Origin: an uncultured delta proteobacterium
GTDB lineage: Bacteria > Myxococcota_A > Polyangia > Polyangiales > Polyangiaceae
Assembly: GCA_963696385.1 (NCBI GenBank)
Contig: CAVOKF010000006.1
Location: forward strand, 64,001-128,000
Length of the DNA stretch: 64,000 nucleotides
Direction of reading: 5' to 3'
The first letter of the stretch is position 1, and each line of letters opens with the position of its first letter. This document shows positions 52,834 to 63,922 of the stretch, one piece after another. Made by a program: the position numbers and the translations under genes. A model generated the notes under the pieces. It ran no database searches, was not told the DNA's origin, and was given only the letters and a program-made list of their open reading frames with translations.

Positions 52834-53052
52834 GCGGCGGCCACCCTCGAAAAGGGGGGGAAAGCGGATTCGGGGCTGCTGCCCACGCAGCAGGGCTCCA
52901 GCAACGGAGTTCGCTGCGCAACACGTGTCCGGGCGGGGGCGACGTCCGCCACGTGTCGCAGCGGACCGGACCTGTCGTGGTGGACAGGACCTTCGACATC
53001 CCCCCGAGGCTCCACAGCCAGGCTTGTCCGCAACCCGCGCGACCGCTCGCAC

Positions 53053-53067
53053 CGGCATGTGGCCTGC
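53053..53067 (+). promoter_or_regulatory. sigma54 -24/-12 promoter
   Basis: CGGCAT-GTGGC-CTGC. Confidence 0.45.
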
Positions 53068-53079
53068 ACGTGGTCCGGC

Positions 53080-54240
53080 ATGACCGACCTGCTCGCTATA
53101 GCCGACGGCCTGGCCCGGACCTTCGCGGCGACTGCGATCGAGCGCGACCGCACCGGAGGGACCCCGAAGCGCGAGCGCGATGCCCTGCGCGCAAGCGATC
53201 TCTTGACCATGACCATTCCCGTCCGCCTCGGCGGCAGCGGGGCGGACTGGGCGACGACACTGCGCGCGGTGCGGACAATCTCGCGCGCGGACGGATCGCT
53301 CGGACACGTTTTCGGCTTCCAGCACCTGTTGCTTGCCACCGTTCGCCTCTTCGGCACGCCCACCCAGTTCGATGCCCTGGCGCGCGACACGGTGAAACAG
53401 CGGTGGTTCTGGGGCAACGCCCTCAACCCGCTCGACACGCGAACCAGGCTCGTGCAGCGCGGAGACGAGTTCGCGATCTCGGGCACGAAGAGCTTTTGCT
53501 CCGGTGCAAGGGATGCGGACATGCTCGTCGTGTCGGCGACCGATGCCGTCAACGGTCAGCTCATCGTCGCGGTCGTGCCCGCTTCGCGCCCCGGAATCGC
53601 CGCTCACGGCGATTGGGACAACATGGGGCAACGACAGACCGATAGCGGCACAGTCGTCTTCGACAACGCCCGCGTGCTCGAGAGCGAGATCCTCGCGCAT
53701 CCGGGACCGCTCGGCAGCCCGTTCGCCTCGCTTCGGCCTCTCGTCGCCCAGCTCACACTCGTCAACGTCTATATCGGGCTGGCCGAGGGTGCCTTCGAGG
53801 CCGCCCGGACGCTCACTCGCGAGCGAGGCAAAGGTTGGTTTGCCAGTGGGGTCGAACGGATCGTCGACGATCCGTACGTCCTCGCCTCGTTCGGTGACCT
53901 GTACTGCGAGCTCGAGGGCGCACGGTTGCTCGCAGACGCGGCCGCGGCGAAGCTCGACGGGGCGTGGACCCGCGGGGACGAGCTCACGACCCACGGGCGC
54001 GGCGAAGTGGCGGTCGCCGTGGCCGCCGCCAAGGTGGCCGCGACGCGCGCGGGCTTGGAGGTGACCAGCCGGATCTTCGACGCGACCGGTGCGCGTGCGA
54101 CGACGGCGCGTCTCGGACTCAATCGCTTCTGGCGCAACCTGCGGACCCATACCCTGCATGACCCGGTCGACTACAAGCGCCGAGACTTGGGGCGCTGGCT
54201 TCTCACCGATGAGTGGCCGGCCCCCTCTTTCTACTCGTGA
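53080..54240 (+). CDS. Acyl-CoA-dehydrogenase-fold flavin monooxygenase (DszC/MsuC-like)
   Basis: [29 protein letters not shown]. Confidence 0.88.
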   Translation: MTDLLAIADGLARTFAATAIERDRTGGTPKRERDALRASDLLTMTIPVRLGGSGADWATTLRAVRTISRADGSLGHVFGFQHLLLATVRLFGTPTQFDALARDTVKQRWFWGNALNPLDTRTRLVQRGDEFAISGTKSFCSGARDADMLVVSATDAVNGQLIVAVVPASRPGIAAHGDWDNMGQRQTDSGTVVFDNARVLESEILAHPGPLGSPFASLRPLVAQLTLVNVYIGLAEGAFEAARTLTRERGKGWFASGVERIVDDPYVLASFGDLYCELEGARLLADAAAAKLDGAWTRGDELTTHGRGEVAVAVAAAKVAATRAGLEVTSRIFDATGARATTARLGLNRFWRNLRTHTLHDPVDYKRRDLGRWLLTDEWPAPSFYS

Positions 54241-54360
54241 GGCGATGGGCTCGCACCCGCGTGTGCTGCTGTAGCAGCAGGAACCCCGCAGCCGGTGCAC
54301 CCCTCGGCGCAGACGACGCGACGTGGGGTCGAGTCGCCTTCTTTTTGCGGCGATTGGGGC

Positions 54361-54375
54361 CGGCACAAAGCCTGC
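54361..54375 (+). promoter_or_regulatory. sigma54 -24/-12 promoter (sfnG)
   Basis: CGGCAC-AAAGC-CTGC. Confidence 0.55.
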
Positions 54376-54427
54376 TACTGAGGCAGGGCGAAGGCGAGTG
54401 AACCGGACCTATCCGAAGGAGCGCACG

Positions 54428-55537
54428 ATGAGTACCGAGACGAGCACACGCGTAAACGAACCCATCAAGTTCGCCTACTGGGTTCCCAACGTGAGCGGGG
54501 GCCTGGTGATTAGCACGATCGAGCAGCGGACCGACTGGAGCCTCGACTACAACGTGAAGCTCGCCCGGCTCGCCGAAAACAATGGGTTCGACTACGCGCT
54601 GAGCCAGGTCCGTTACATGGCAAGCTACGGGGCGGAGTTCCAGCACGAGTCGACGACCTTCAGCTTCGCACTGCTCCAGGCGACGCAGCGGCTCAAGGTC
54701 ATCGCGGCCATCCACCCGGGCCTCTGGCATCCGGCCGTGCTCGCCAAACTCGTTGCCACGCAGGACCAGCTGAGCGGGGGCCAATCGGCCGTGAACGTCG
54801 TCAGCGGGTGGTTCAAAGGTGAATTCACCGCGCTCGGAGAGCCTTGGCTCGAGCACGATGAACGCTACCGGCGGTCGGAGGAATTCATCCGCGTGCTCCG
54901 GGGCAGTTGGACCGAGGACCATTTTTCATTCTCCGGCGACTTCTATCGCATCCATGGGTACAACTTGAAGCCGAAGCCCATCCAGTCCCCACACCCGGAG
55001 ATCTTCCAGGGCGGCACCTCTCGAGCGGCGCGCGACATGGCCGCTCGGGTCTCCGATTGGTACTTTTGCAACGGCAACACGGTCGAAGCGATCCAGGCAC
55101 AGGTCGACGACATCCGACGCAAAGCCGTCGAGGTCGGTCGGCGTCCGCCGAAGATTGGGATGAACGCGTTCGTCATCGCCCGCGACACGGAAGCCGAAGC
55201 GAAGAAGGTCCTCGACGACATCGTCAAGCATGCCGACCGCGAAGCGGTCAACGCGTTCGGCGACGCCGTGAAGCAAGCGGGCAGGGCGTCTCCCGAGGGT
55301 CAGGGCAATTGGGCCAATTCGACGTTCGAAGATCTCGTGCAATACAATGACGGCTTTCGGCCGGGATTGGTCGGTACACCGGATCAAATTGCCGATCGGA
55401 TAGCCGAATACAAATCCGTCGGGGTCGATCTGGTGCTCGCGGGATTTCTTCATTACCTGGAAGACGTCGAATACTTCGGCAAACGAATCCTACCGTTGGT
55501 GCGCGCGGCCGAGTCCAAGAATCGCGTCGCTGCTTAA
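54428..55537 (+). CDS. sfnG: Dimethylsulfone monooxygenase
   Basis: KFAYWVPNVSGGLVISTIEQRT, DLVQYNDGF. Confidence 0.93.
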   Translation: MSTETSTRVNEPIKFAYWVPNVSGGLVISTIEQRTDWSLDYNVKLARLAENNGFDYALSQVRYMASYGAEFQHESTTFSFALLQATQRLKVIAAIHPGLWHPAVLAKLVATQDQLSGGQSAVNVVSGWFKGEFTALGEPWLEHDERYRRSEEFIRVLRGSWTEDHFSFSGDFYRIHGYNLKPKPIQSPHPEIFQGGTSRAARDMAARVSDWYFCNGNTVEAIQAQVDDIRRKAVEVGRRPPKIGMNAFVIARDTEAEAKKVLDDIVKHADREAVNAFGDAVKQAGRASPEGQGNWANSTFEDLVQYNDGFRPGLVGTPDQIADRIAEYKSVGVDLVLAGFLHYLEDVEYFGKRILPLVRAAESKNRVAA

Positions 55538-55558
55538 GGTCCGGACGGCTTTTTGTTC

Positions 55559-56326
55559 ATGACCACCGCGCTGCTCGACGTTCAGAACGTATCGCTCGCA
55601 TTCGACGGCATTCTCGCCCTGGACGACGTGAGTTTCCGTGTCGCCCGGGGCGAGGTCTGCGCGCTCATCGGCCCCAACGGGGCGGGCAAGAGTTCGATGC
55701 TCAATGTCGTGAGCGGGCTCTACACGGCCAATGCCGGGGACGTCCTCTTCGAAGGCGAGCGACTCACGGGCGTCGGGGAGCTCGCGCGGCGAGGCATCGC
55801 CCGAACCTTTCAGAACATCGCTCTCTTTCGAGGTATGACCGTCCTCGAGAACGTGGCGCTCGGAACCGACTTCCGCGGTCGGGCGAGCTTTTTCGAGCAG
55901 GCTCTGCGAATCGGGCGAGCGCCGCGCGAGGAGCGCCGGATGCGGGAGGAAGCGGCCGTGGTCATGGACTTGCTCGACATCGCGAGCCACCGCACCGACG
56001 TGGTCGGACGGCTTCCGTACGGCCTGCAAAAGCGCGTGGAGCTTGCGCGCGCCCTCGTGCCGCGACCCAAGATGCTCCTGTTGGACGAGCCGATGGCGGG
56101 AATGACCGTCCACGAAAAGCGGGACATGTGCGGCTACCTCCTAGGTGCCCACGAGAAGCTCGGAACGACGGTCGTGCTCATCGAACACGACCTCGGGGTC
56201 GTGATGGACCTGTCGGATCACGTCATCGTGCTCGACTACGGCAAAAAGCTCGCGGACGGCACGCCCGACCACGTTCGTGCCGATCCCGCCGTCATCGAAG
56301 CGTACGTCGGTTCGTTCGCAACCTGA
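55559..56326 (+). CDS. Liv-type ABC ATPase (LivG-like)
   Basis: GPNGAGKS, LPYG, LLLDEP. Confidence 0.93.
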   Translation: MTTALLDVQNVSLAFDGILALDDVSFRVARGEVCALIGPNGAGKSSMLNVVSGLYTANAGDVLFEGERLTGVGELARRGIARTFQNIALFRGMTVLENVALGTDFRGRASFFEQALRIGRAPREERRMREEAAVVMDLLDIASHRTDVVGRLPYGLQKRVELARALVPRPKMLLLDEPMAGMTVHEKRDMCGYLLGAHEKLGTTVVLIEHDLGVVMDLSDHVIVLDYGKKLADGTPDHVRADPAVIEAYVGSFAT

Positions 56327-56336
56327 GGACCCGCGG

Positions 56337-57218
56337 ATGTCGTTTTTCATCGAAGTGCTCCTCGGCGGCCTGCTCTCGGGCGTGATGTACACCATGGTCG
56401 CGATCGGGTTCGTGCTCATCTACAAGGCGTCGGGCGTGTTCAACTTTGCGCAGGGCGCGATGGTGTTGTTCGCGGCATTGACATTCGTGTCGTTGACGGA
56501 GCGTGGCTTTGCCTTTCCCCTCGCATTCATCGCGACGCTGGCCGCCATGCTCCTGCTCGCTCTGGCGATCGAGCGTATCGTGCTCCGCCCGCTCGTGAAC
56601 GCGCCACCCCTGTCGCTCTTTCTGGCGACACTTGGGCTCGCGTACATCCTGGAAGGTCTTGCCCAGACCCTGTGGGGCACGCAAGTGCACGGTTTGGACA
56701 TCGGGGTGTCGGACGCGCCCATCTCCGCGGCCGGTGTATCGGTCAGCCGATTCGATCTGTTCGCGGCGGGCACAGCGGCGACTCTCGTGGCCACACTCGC
56801 ACTCTTTTTTCGCCTGACGCGTTCGGGCGTCGCCCTCCGCGCCGTGGCCGACGACCCTCTCGCCGCCATCGCGGTCGGAATCGACTTGCGACGCCTTCTC
56901 GCGCTCGTGTGGGGCGTCGCAGGAGTCGTAGCCCTCGTGGCCGGCCTGCTTTGGGGGGCGCGCGTGGGGGTGCAGTTCTCTCTGTCGCTCGTCGTCCTCA
57001 AAGCGTTGCCCGTCCTCATCATCGGAGGCTTCTCGTCGATTCCCGGGGCGATCGTCGGTGGCCTCATCGTGGGCGCCTCGGAGAAGCTGGCCGAAGTCTA
57101 CGCAGGCCCGTGGGTGAACGGCGGCATCGAAACCTGGTTTCCGTATTTCATTGCGCTCGCGTTTCTCCTCGTTCGTCCGGCGGGGCTTTTTGGCGAGCGA
57201 TCGGTGCAGCGAGTCTGA
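56337..57218 (+). CDS. Liv-type ABC permease (LivH-like)
   Basis: GVFNFAQG, RPAGLFG. Confidence 0.93.
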   Translation: MSFFIEVLLGGLLSGVMYTMVAIGFVLIYKASGVFNFAQGAMVLFAALTFVSLTERGFAFPLAFIATLAAMLLLALAIERIVLRPLVNAPPLSLFLATLGLAYILEGLAQTLWGTQVHGLDIGVSDAPISAAGVSVSRFDLFAAGTAATLVATLALFFRLTRSGVALRAVADDPLAAIAVGIDLRRLLALVWGVAGVVALVAGLLWGARVGVQFSLSLVVLKALPVLIIGGFSSIPGAIVGGLIVGASEKLAEVYAGPWVNGGIETWFPYFIALAFLLVRPAGLFGERSVQRV

Positions 57219-57220
57219 TC

Positions 57221-58312
57221 ATGCGGATCGAAGCGACCCCCTGGTCCGAACCGAACACGTCGACGCCTCCGCCGCGCACCAGCCTGTTCGCGAGAGCGTC
57301 CGGGCGCGCCGTCGTCCGGATTGCATTGGCGGCGGGGGGGACCGGCCTCCTGCTGGTGCTGCCACTTCTCGTCGACGACTACGTGCTGAGCGCCGTCCTC
57401 GTGCCGCTTCTCGCCCTGTCGCTCGCTGGCATCGGGCAAAACTTCGTGACCGGCTACGCCGGGCAGCTGTCGGTCGGGTCAGCCGCATTCATGTCCGTGG
57501 GCGCATTCGCGGCATACGACCTGCATCTGCACCTACACGGTACGCCTCTGCTCGTGTCTTTGGCGTTCGGCGGCGTCTCGGCAGCCGCTGCGGGTGCCTT
57601 GTTCGGCTTGCCGAGCCTGCGTATCCGGGGCTTTTACCTGGTCGCGTCCACGCTCGCGGCGCAGTTCTTCGTCGAATGGTTGTTCACGAAGGTCGGCTGG
57701 TTTTCGGGCAACAGCGCATCCGGCGTGATCACGGCCCCCCCGCTTTCCATCGCCACGGTCGACCTGTCGTCACCCGGGGGTCACTACTGGCTGTCGCTTC
57801 TCGTCGTCGCCCCGTTGACGGCTGCTGCCTACAACCTGGCTCGCGGGCGCATTGGACGTGCGTGGATGGCGGTACGCGACATGGAGACGGCCGCCGCCGT
57901 GGTCGGCGTCCGCACCGGTCAGGCCAAGCTGCTCGCCTTCGCCATCGGCTCGTTTTATTGCGGCGTGGCCGGGGGACTTTGGGCGTTTGCGTATCTCGGC
58001 ACGGTGGAGCCCCACGGCTTCGACCTCGATCGTTCGTTTCAAATTCTATTCATCGTGATTGTGGGGGGTCTCGGCAGTATCGCGGGCAGCTTTCTGGGGG
58101 CCGCGTTCATCGTGTTGTTTCCGATCTTCTTGGACCAACTGGCAACGTTCGTAATGGGCGGGTCGGTCGATCCGGGCGTATTGCAAAATATCGACAAAAT
58201 CATCTTCGGTGGGCTCGTGATTGCTCTTTTGGCAAAACAGCCCGCCGGCCTCGCCCGCCTGATCGAGATCGCGTGGCTGCGCGCTCGTCGCTGGACGCTG
58301 CGATCCGCCTGA
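57221..58312 (+). CDS. Liv-type ABC permease (LivM-like)
   Basis: GYAGQLSVG, LRIRGFYL, GRAWMAVRD. Confidence 0.93.
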   Translation: MRIEATPWSEPNTSTPPPRTSLFARASGRAVVRIALAAGGTGLLLVLPLLVDDYVLSAVLVPLLALSLAGIGQNFVTGYAGQLSVGSAAFMSVGAFAAYDLHLHLHGTPLLVSLAFGGVSAAAAGALFGLPSLRIRGFYLVASTLAAQFFVEWLFTKVGWFSGNSASGVITAPPLSIATVDLSSPGGHYWLSLLVVAPLTAAAYNLARGRIGRAWMAVRDMETAAAVVGVRTGQAKLLAFAIGSFYCGVAGGLWAFAYLGTVEPHGFDLDRSFQILFIVIVGGLGSIAGSFLGAAFIVLFPIFLDQLATFVMGGSVDPGVLQNIDKIIFGGLVIALLAKQPAGLARLIEIAWLRARRWTLRSA

Positions 58313-58396
58313 CGTCATCCTAAAACAATAGACCCTCAAAGTCCTCGTGACGAAAACCGTGATAGCGCGCCGCAAGGCGCGTTCGGAGGTCCATCC

Positions 58397-59803
58397 ATGC
58401 TTCGTACCCGCGCACCTGGTTTTGTCCCTTTCCTCGCGGCGGCACTGCTGACCACAGCATGCCGGTCGCGCTCGGAGAACGCGTCGGCTGCCGTCCTCGC
58501 GAGCCCGGCGCCGGGCACCGTGAGCCCCGGGAAGGAGTCAGCGGGCAAAGAGCAATATTTTCCGCTTCAGAGCTATCGCGTCGGGCCGTATGCCGCCGGT
58601 GGAAGTGGATTCTTCGGCGGCTTCATCGACTACATGCAGCTCGTCAACATTCGCGACGGAGGCGTCAATGGCATCAAGCTGACCTGGTCGGAATGCGAGA
58701 CCGAATACGTGGTCGAGCGCGGGGTCGAGTGCTACGAGCGACTGAAGGGCGGTCTCAACGGAGCGCCCGCCGCGGCGATGAATCCACTCAGTGTAGGGAT
58801 CGCGTACGCGCTCATCGACAAGGCCACGACGGACAAGATTCCCCTGATCACGATCAATCACGGAAGAACGGATTCGACCGACGGACGAGTCTTTCCCTAC
58901 GTGTTTCCCTTGTCGCTCAACCCCTACAGCGAAATCTCGGCGATCGTCAACTACATCGGTCAACGTTCGGGCGGCCTCGACCACCTGCGGGGCAAGAAGA
59001 TCGCGGTTCTCTATCACGGCTCCCCTTATGGCAAGGAGACCCAGCCGATCGTCGAACTCCTCGCGCAGAAATACGGATTCGCGTCCACTCACCTCGAGGT
59101 GCCCCACCCTGGCACCGAGCAAGAGTCGCAGTGGCTGCAGATCAAGAAGCTCGCCCCTGACTGGATCATCTTGCGCGGGTGGGGAATCATGAACCCCGTC
59201 GCGCTCAAGAACGCCGCCAAGATCGGATATCCGGTCGACCATATCATCGGCAACATCTGGAGCAACTCCGAGGAAGACGTCATTCCGGCCGGCGCAGCCG
59301 CAACGGGGTTCATCGCCATTACGACGCATCCCTCGGGACGCCAGTTTCCCGTCCTCCAGGACGTGGACAAGTACGTCCTTTCGGCGGGCAAAGGGAATAT
59401 GACCGACCCGAAGCGGGTGGGCACCGGGTATTATAATCTGGGGATCAACAACGGCATCTTGAACGTCGAAGCCGTGCGCGTGGCTCAAGCGAAGTTCGGC
59501 AACAAGCCTCTGACCGGAGAGCAGGTTCGGTGGGGGTTCGAGCACATTCACATCGACGACGCGCGTCTCAAGGAATTGGGTGCCGTGGGGCTGCTCCAGC
59601 CGATCGAACTGTCGTGCTCCGATCACGAAGGCGGGGGGGCGGTACGGTTCGAGCAATGGGATGGCAAGGAGTTCAAGGTCATCAGCGATTGGATCAAAGC
59701 CGATCGCGCTCTGTTGCGTCCGATCATCGAAGCCTCGTCCACCAAATACGCCACTGAAAAGGGTATTGCGGTTCGCGACTGCGATGCCGAAGCTCGACTC
59801 TGA
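58397..59803 (+). CDS. ABC substrate-binding lipoprotein
   Basis: LTTAC lipobox; RDGGVNG, YHGSPYGKE. Confidence 0.92.
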   Translation: MLRTRAPGFVPFLAAALLTTACRSRSENASAAVLASPAPGTVSPGKESAGKEQYFPLQSYRVGPYAAGGSGFFGGFIDYMQLVNIRDGGVNGIKLTWSECETEYVVERGVECYERLKGGLNGAPAAAMNPLSVGIAYALIDKATTDKIPLITINHGRTDSTDGRVFPYVFPLSLNPYSEISAIVNYIGQRSGGLDHLRGKKIAVLYHGSPYGKETQPIVELLAQKYGFASTHLEVPHPGTEQESQWLQIKKLAPDWIILRGWGIMNPVALKNAAKIGYPVDHIIGNIWSNSEEDVIPAGAAATGFIAITTHPSGRQFPVLQDVDKYVLSAGKGNMTDPKRVGTGYYNLGINNGILNVEAVRVAQAKFGNKPLTGEQVRWGFEHIHIDDARLKELGAVGLLQPIELSCSDHEGGGAVRFEQWDGKEFKVISDWIKADRALLRPIIEASSTKYATEKGIAVRDCDAEARL

Positions 59804-59871
59804 GACGGAGCTCCGGAGACGAAGCGGAACCGAGGGCCGTCCGCCCTCCACCCATAAAGAGGGTAAGGCCC

Positions 59872-60681
59872 ATGGTCGCAGAGGATCCGTTGCTCGCACT
59901 CAACGCGGTCGAAGTCGTGTACGACGAGATTGTCGTCGCTCTTCGCGGCGTTTCTCTCGAGGTTCCCGAGCACGGCATCGTGGCTTTGCTCGGGGCGAAC
60001 GGTGCCGGCAAGAGCACGACGCTCAAGGCTGCGTCGGGGTTGCTGACGGCCGAGCGGGGACGCGTCCGGGCGGGGTCCATTTCGTTTTTGGGCCGACCGA
60101 TCGCGGCGCGCAGCCCCGTACAACTCGTGCGTGAGGGCCTCGTGCAGGTGTTGGAAGGAAGGCACTGCTTTCCGCATCTGACCGTCGACGAAAACCTGGC
60201 CACCGGCACGTATGCGCGCCGTCCGTCGCGCGCAGCGTTGCGCCAGTCGCTCGACCGGGTCTACGCGCGCTTCCCACGACTCCGAGAGCGGAGAACGAGC
60301 GCGGCTGGCCATCTCTCCGGGGGCGAGCAGCAGATGCTGGCCATCGGTCGGGCACTCGTGGCCGAGCCCCGCCTCGTGCTGCTCGACGAACCCTCGATGG
60401 GCCTTGCGCCCAAGGTAGTGGAGGAAATTTTCGTTCTCGTGCGGCAGCTGCATGAACAGGATGGGGTGGCCTTCCTGCTTGCGGAGCAAAACGCCGCGGC
60501 GGCGCTCGCCGTCGCCGACACCGCGTACGTTCTCGAGACCGGCCGCGTCGTCACCGGGGGCACCGTCGCGGAGATTCGGGCACGGGACGACGTCCGGGAC
60601 CTGTACCTGGGGGGCAGCAGCGGACAGCGAGCCAGCTTCCGCCCGAGAGTCGAGGGGTCTGCACTGCAGTCCCCGCATTGA
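59872..60681 (+). CDS. Liv-type ABC ATPase (LivF-like)
   Basis: GANGAGKS, LSGGEQQM, DEPSMGLAP. Confidence 0.93.
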   Translation: MVAEDPLLALNAVEVVYDEIVVALRGVSLEVPEHGIVALLGANGAGKSTTLKAASGLLTAERGRVRAGSISFLGRPIAARSPVQLVREGLVQVLEGRHCFPHLTVDENLATGTYARRPSRAALRQSLDRVYARFPRLRERRTSAAGHLSGGEQQMLAIGRALVAEPRLVLLDEPSMGLAPKVVEEIFVLVRQLHEQDGVAFLLAEQNAAAALAVADTAYVLETGRVVTGGTVAEIRARDDVRDLYLGGSSGQRASFRPRVEGSALQSPH

Positions 60682-60726
60682 GCCGGGCCCCGCATCGTAG
60701 CGGGGATCCGGCAAGGAGAGGAATCG

Positions 60727-62112
60727 ATGACCATTCGTCACAAGGCGATCGCGCCCATCGCGATCGCAGGGGCAATCTCCATGTGCGCGCACGCCGCGCG
60801 AGCCCAAACCTCTTCGGCCGGCGCCGAGGCACCAGCGCGCGAGCCCGCGAGCACGCCGCAGGCGACGCCGGGGCCCACGAGCCCCGTGGAGGCGACGCCG
60901 ACGCCGTCGAGCTCCGGAGGCGCGACACCGACGGGCGCACCGGCGGCGATCCCCGCGCCCACGAGCCCCGCCGCGGCTCCAGGGGTCAAAACGGCAACCG
61001 CACCTGCATCGGGGCCAGCGTCGCCTGGCCAGCCGACGGCCACCGCAGCCGAGCCGACGGTTCACGCCAACGAGCACGAGGGACTGAGTAGTCAGGGAGC
61101 TGCGCCCGCATTGGCCACTCCTGCCGTTCCCGAATGGATGAAGTGGATGAGAGGGGTGACGATCGGAGCGGGCGTACTTCTCTGGTACTACCAACCAATT
61201 CACGTCCCTGGCGTAGAAAACGACGTGAGTGTCTTCTGGGCCAGGCTCCTCGTCGACGGCAAGTGGGGCATCTTCGGCCTGCACCTCGAACCGCGCTTTC
61301 GCGACACCAAGCTGCGTCCCTTTTTCGACGGACCCGCATGGCTTCAGGAGGCGTACGCATCCGCCGATTTCGGGAACACGCAGCTGCGGGTGGGCAAGAC
61401 CTACAGCCGATTGGGACTCTTCTGGTACACGTCTTTCTACGGAAATGTCCAGGTGTACGACGGGCTCAAATTGGACCCCGATTATGGGGCGACGCTCCAG
61501 GGCGATCTGGGAAAGGCAACCGATCCGGTCAGCCTAGGCTGGTGGCTTCAATACTTCGTCGTCGATGGCTCGACGAACGTGTCGCTCGAGAATCGGGACA
61601 CGATCTCCTACGCAGGGGCTCGCCGCCGCAATCAAGTCATCGGTCGAGTGGAGCCGCGATTTGCATTCGGCCCGGCCAAGCTCGCGCTGGGTGCCTCCGG
61701 GGAGTACCTGGAGGCGACGGGCCTGCCGTCGCTCGATGCCCAAAATGTCTGGCGTGCGGCCGCCGACGCCACGTTCACGGTCGGTGACCTTGTGGTACGA
61801 GGCGAATACCTCCATCAGGGAGGTCTCACCGTAGCCAACTTCCCGTACACGGGTCGGCCGTCGGGCAACAACGATTACGTTTTGGCGGGAGCTGAATACA
61901 CGATCGGGCCGGTGACCGGCGTTTATACGTTCAGCCTGGGCAGCTACAACGATGTCTCGTATAAGGAGACGATGCACGTGCCCGCGATCAGCGTCGCCGT
62001 GAGCTCGAACATTTCGCTCCTCGGCGAGCTCGTGTTCTGGTCGAGCACGTCGCCGACGGGCAGCTCGCTCATCGATCGGAGTTTCAACGTCACGCTGCAT
62101 GCCCATCTTTAG
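60727..62112 (+). CDS. Putative outer-membrane beta-barrel protein
   Basis: Signal peptide, Pro/Ala/Thr linker, amphipathic strands (LQEAY..LRVGK). Confidence 0.7.
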   Translation: MTIRHKAIAPIAIAGAISMCAHAARAQTSSAGAEAPAREPASTPQATPGPTSPVEATPTPSSSGGATPTGAPAAIPAPTSPAAAPGVKTATAPASGPASPGQPTATAAEPTVHANEHEGLSSQGAAPALATPAVPEWMKWMRGVTIGAGVLLWYYQPIHVPGVENDVSVFWARLLVDGKWGIFGLHLEPRFRDTKLRPFFDGPAWLQEAYASADFGNTQLRVGKTYSRLGLFWYTSFYGNVQVYDGLKLDPDYGATLQGDLGKATDPVSLGWWLQYFVVDGSTNVSLENRDTISYAGARRRNQVIGRVEPRFAFGPAKLALGASGEYLEATGLPSLDAQNVWRAAADATFTVGDLVVRGEYLHQGGLTVANFPYTGRPSGNNDYVLAGAEYTIGPVTGVYTFSLGSYNDVSYKETMHVPAISVAVSSNISLLGELVFWSSTSPTGSSLIDRSFNVTLHAHL

Positions 62113-62641
62113 GTGAATCGCGCACTCGGCCCTTGCGGGACACAGACAGCCCTTTCGCTGGCGGGTGGATGCCGACTTCTTGCAAGAAGACGACTCCGCG
62201 CGCCGGCGAGAGGCGCTTCAGGCGGGGGCCGCACTCGCTGACGCGCACGGTTTCCGGGGCGCGAGCCCTGGGTCGCCCGCACCGTGCTGGAGCTCGTGAC
62301 CGTACAGCCCGAGGCCCGCCGTCCCGCGAAACGACGGCACGTATGCAAGCCGTTTTCCCCTGAGGGGCCCGGCTGTTTCGGCCATCGATGCCGACGGGAA
62401 CCCCTCGGAGGGTCCTCGCCGTTGGCGAGGCCGCAGGCCAGGGCCACCCACGGCGCCGTACGGGGTCAGAACCCAGCGGCCGGCCGTTTCGGGGCGGGTG
62501 CAGTACACCCGAAGGATGCACCCCGACGACCGACTCGTGGGGGACGACCGGTCGGGTGCTTCCGACCTTTCAGATTGAGATCCGGGGTGGTTGCGCGGTC
62601 AACGGACCCCTTCCCTGCCCGGCGCAGCGCGACTGACCGCC

Positions 62642-63883
62642 TCAACTCCATGCGTGAAGCGGCGGATTGACCCCGTTGAGGTAGTAATTGCCGAGGATTG
62701 CGTACTTCCAGCGGACCGGATCGTGAAGGGTGTGCGTGCGAGCGTTTCGCCAATGCCGATCGAGGGCGTGCTCGGCCAGCGTCGATCGGGTGCCGGCGAG
62801 CTCGAAAATCTTGTTGGTGGCCAGAATGGCCAAGTCGGTCGAAAAAATCTTGGCTTTGGCCACTTCGATTTGCGCTTCGGCGACCGTTTGGGTAGTGGGC
62901 TCCGCCACGGCGCGGTCCACCGCGCGCCCCGCCCCGTCGAGCAACGCCTGGGTCGCGCTCAATCGGAGCTCGAGGTCGCCAATCGCCTGAATCGTGTACG
63001 GATCGGCGGTCGCCGCCTCCACACCGCTATCGACCCAGGCTCGAGTTTTCGTCTTCACGAATTCGATCGTGTCCTCGATGGCGGCCCGAGCGATGCCGGT
63101 GTCGACGGCGGCCTGGATAATCTGGAAGATCGCGCCGTCGGCGGTCGGGTGGTCGTACCCTTTGTAGCCGGGAACCAGGTGCGTCTTTGGTACCTTGACG
63201 TCTTTGAGCAGCACCGTTCCGCTGAGGGTGGTGCGCTGTCCAAAACTCGACCAATCGTCGATGACGCTCAAGCCGGGCGCATCCCGCTCGGCGATCGCGT
63301 ACCAGGCCCTACCCTGATCATCGAGCGCCACAATGGGCACGAGGTGCGCGAGTAGCGCGCCGGTCGCGTAAAACTTCCGGCCGTTGACGAGCACGTGGTC
63401 GCCCTTGTCGTCGAAGTGCGTCTCGAAGTCGACCGCGCGCTTCGACCCGTATTCGGAAAACGCGTTGCCGAACCGAAGGCCGCGGAGGACTGCGGCAAAC
63501 AAGAGCTTCTGCTGGGCCGGATCCGAAACGGTACGAATCGCGGCCACAACGCCGAGATGATTCTGCGGAATCTGACCGAGCGACGGGTCTGCGGCCGAGA
63601 TGATTTCGATGACGCGCGAGAGTGTGACGTACGACACTTCGGGCCCGCCGAACGTCTTTGGCACATTGATGGACCAGAGACCGCTCTGCGAAAAATCATC
63701 GAGTTCTTCGAGCGGTCGCCGCCGTGTTCGGTCCCGCTCGGCGGCGCCTTTGGCAAACTTCTGGGCGAGCTCCCGCGCGACGGCGATGGCTTCTCGATCG
63801 TCACGAATGATGTGCGCGGGGTGTTTGGGGCGGGCCACCGCCGGCACGGGCTCGGTGGCATTCTGCGAGGAAGCGCTGGTCAT
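62642..63883 (-). CDS. sfnB: SfnB-family sulfur-acquisition oxidoreductase
   Basis: [37 protein letters not shown]. Confidence 0.9.
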   Translation of the reverse strand: MTSASSQNATEPVPAVARPKHPAHIIRDDREAIAVARELAQKFAKGAAERDRTRRRPLEELDDFSQSGLWSINVPKTFGGPEVSYVTLSRVIEIISAADPSLGQIPQNHLGVVAAIRTVSDPAQQKLLFAAVLRGLRFGNAFSEYGSKRAVDFETHFDDKGDHVLVNGRKFYATGALLAHLVPIVALDDQGRAWYAIAERDAPGLSVIDDWSSFGQRTTLSGTVLLKDVKVPKTHLVPGYKGYDHPTADGAIFQIIQAAVDTGIARAAIEDTIEFVKTKTRAWVDSGVEAATADPYTIQAIGDLELRLSATQALLDGAGRAVDRAVAEPTTQTVAEAQIEVAKAKIFSTDLAILATNKIFELAGTRSTLAEHALDRHWRNARTHTLHDPVRWKYAILGNYYLNGVNPPLHAWS

Positions 63884-63907
63884 GGAACGTCTCCGCAACG
63901 GACGCAA

Positions 63908-63922
63908 GCATCGGCCGTGCCA
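63908..63922 (-). promoter_or_regulatory. sigma54 -24/-12 promoter (sfnB)
   Basis: TGGCAC-GGCCG-ATGC. Confidence 0.65.

Noticed and set aside
52105..54366. 753-aa SsuD fusion
   Set aside because: N-terminal part is antisense to the DszC-like gene; ssuD starts at 52800
62113..62641. ncRNA in the convergent intergenic gap
   Set aside because: Only generic GC hairpins; no recognisable motif
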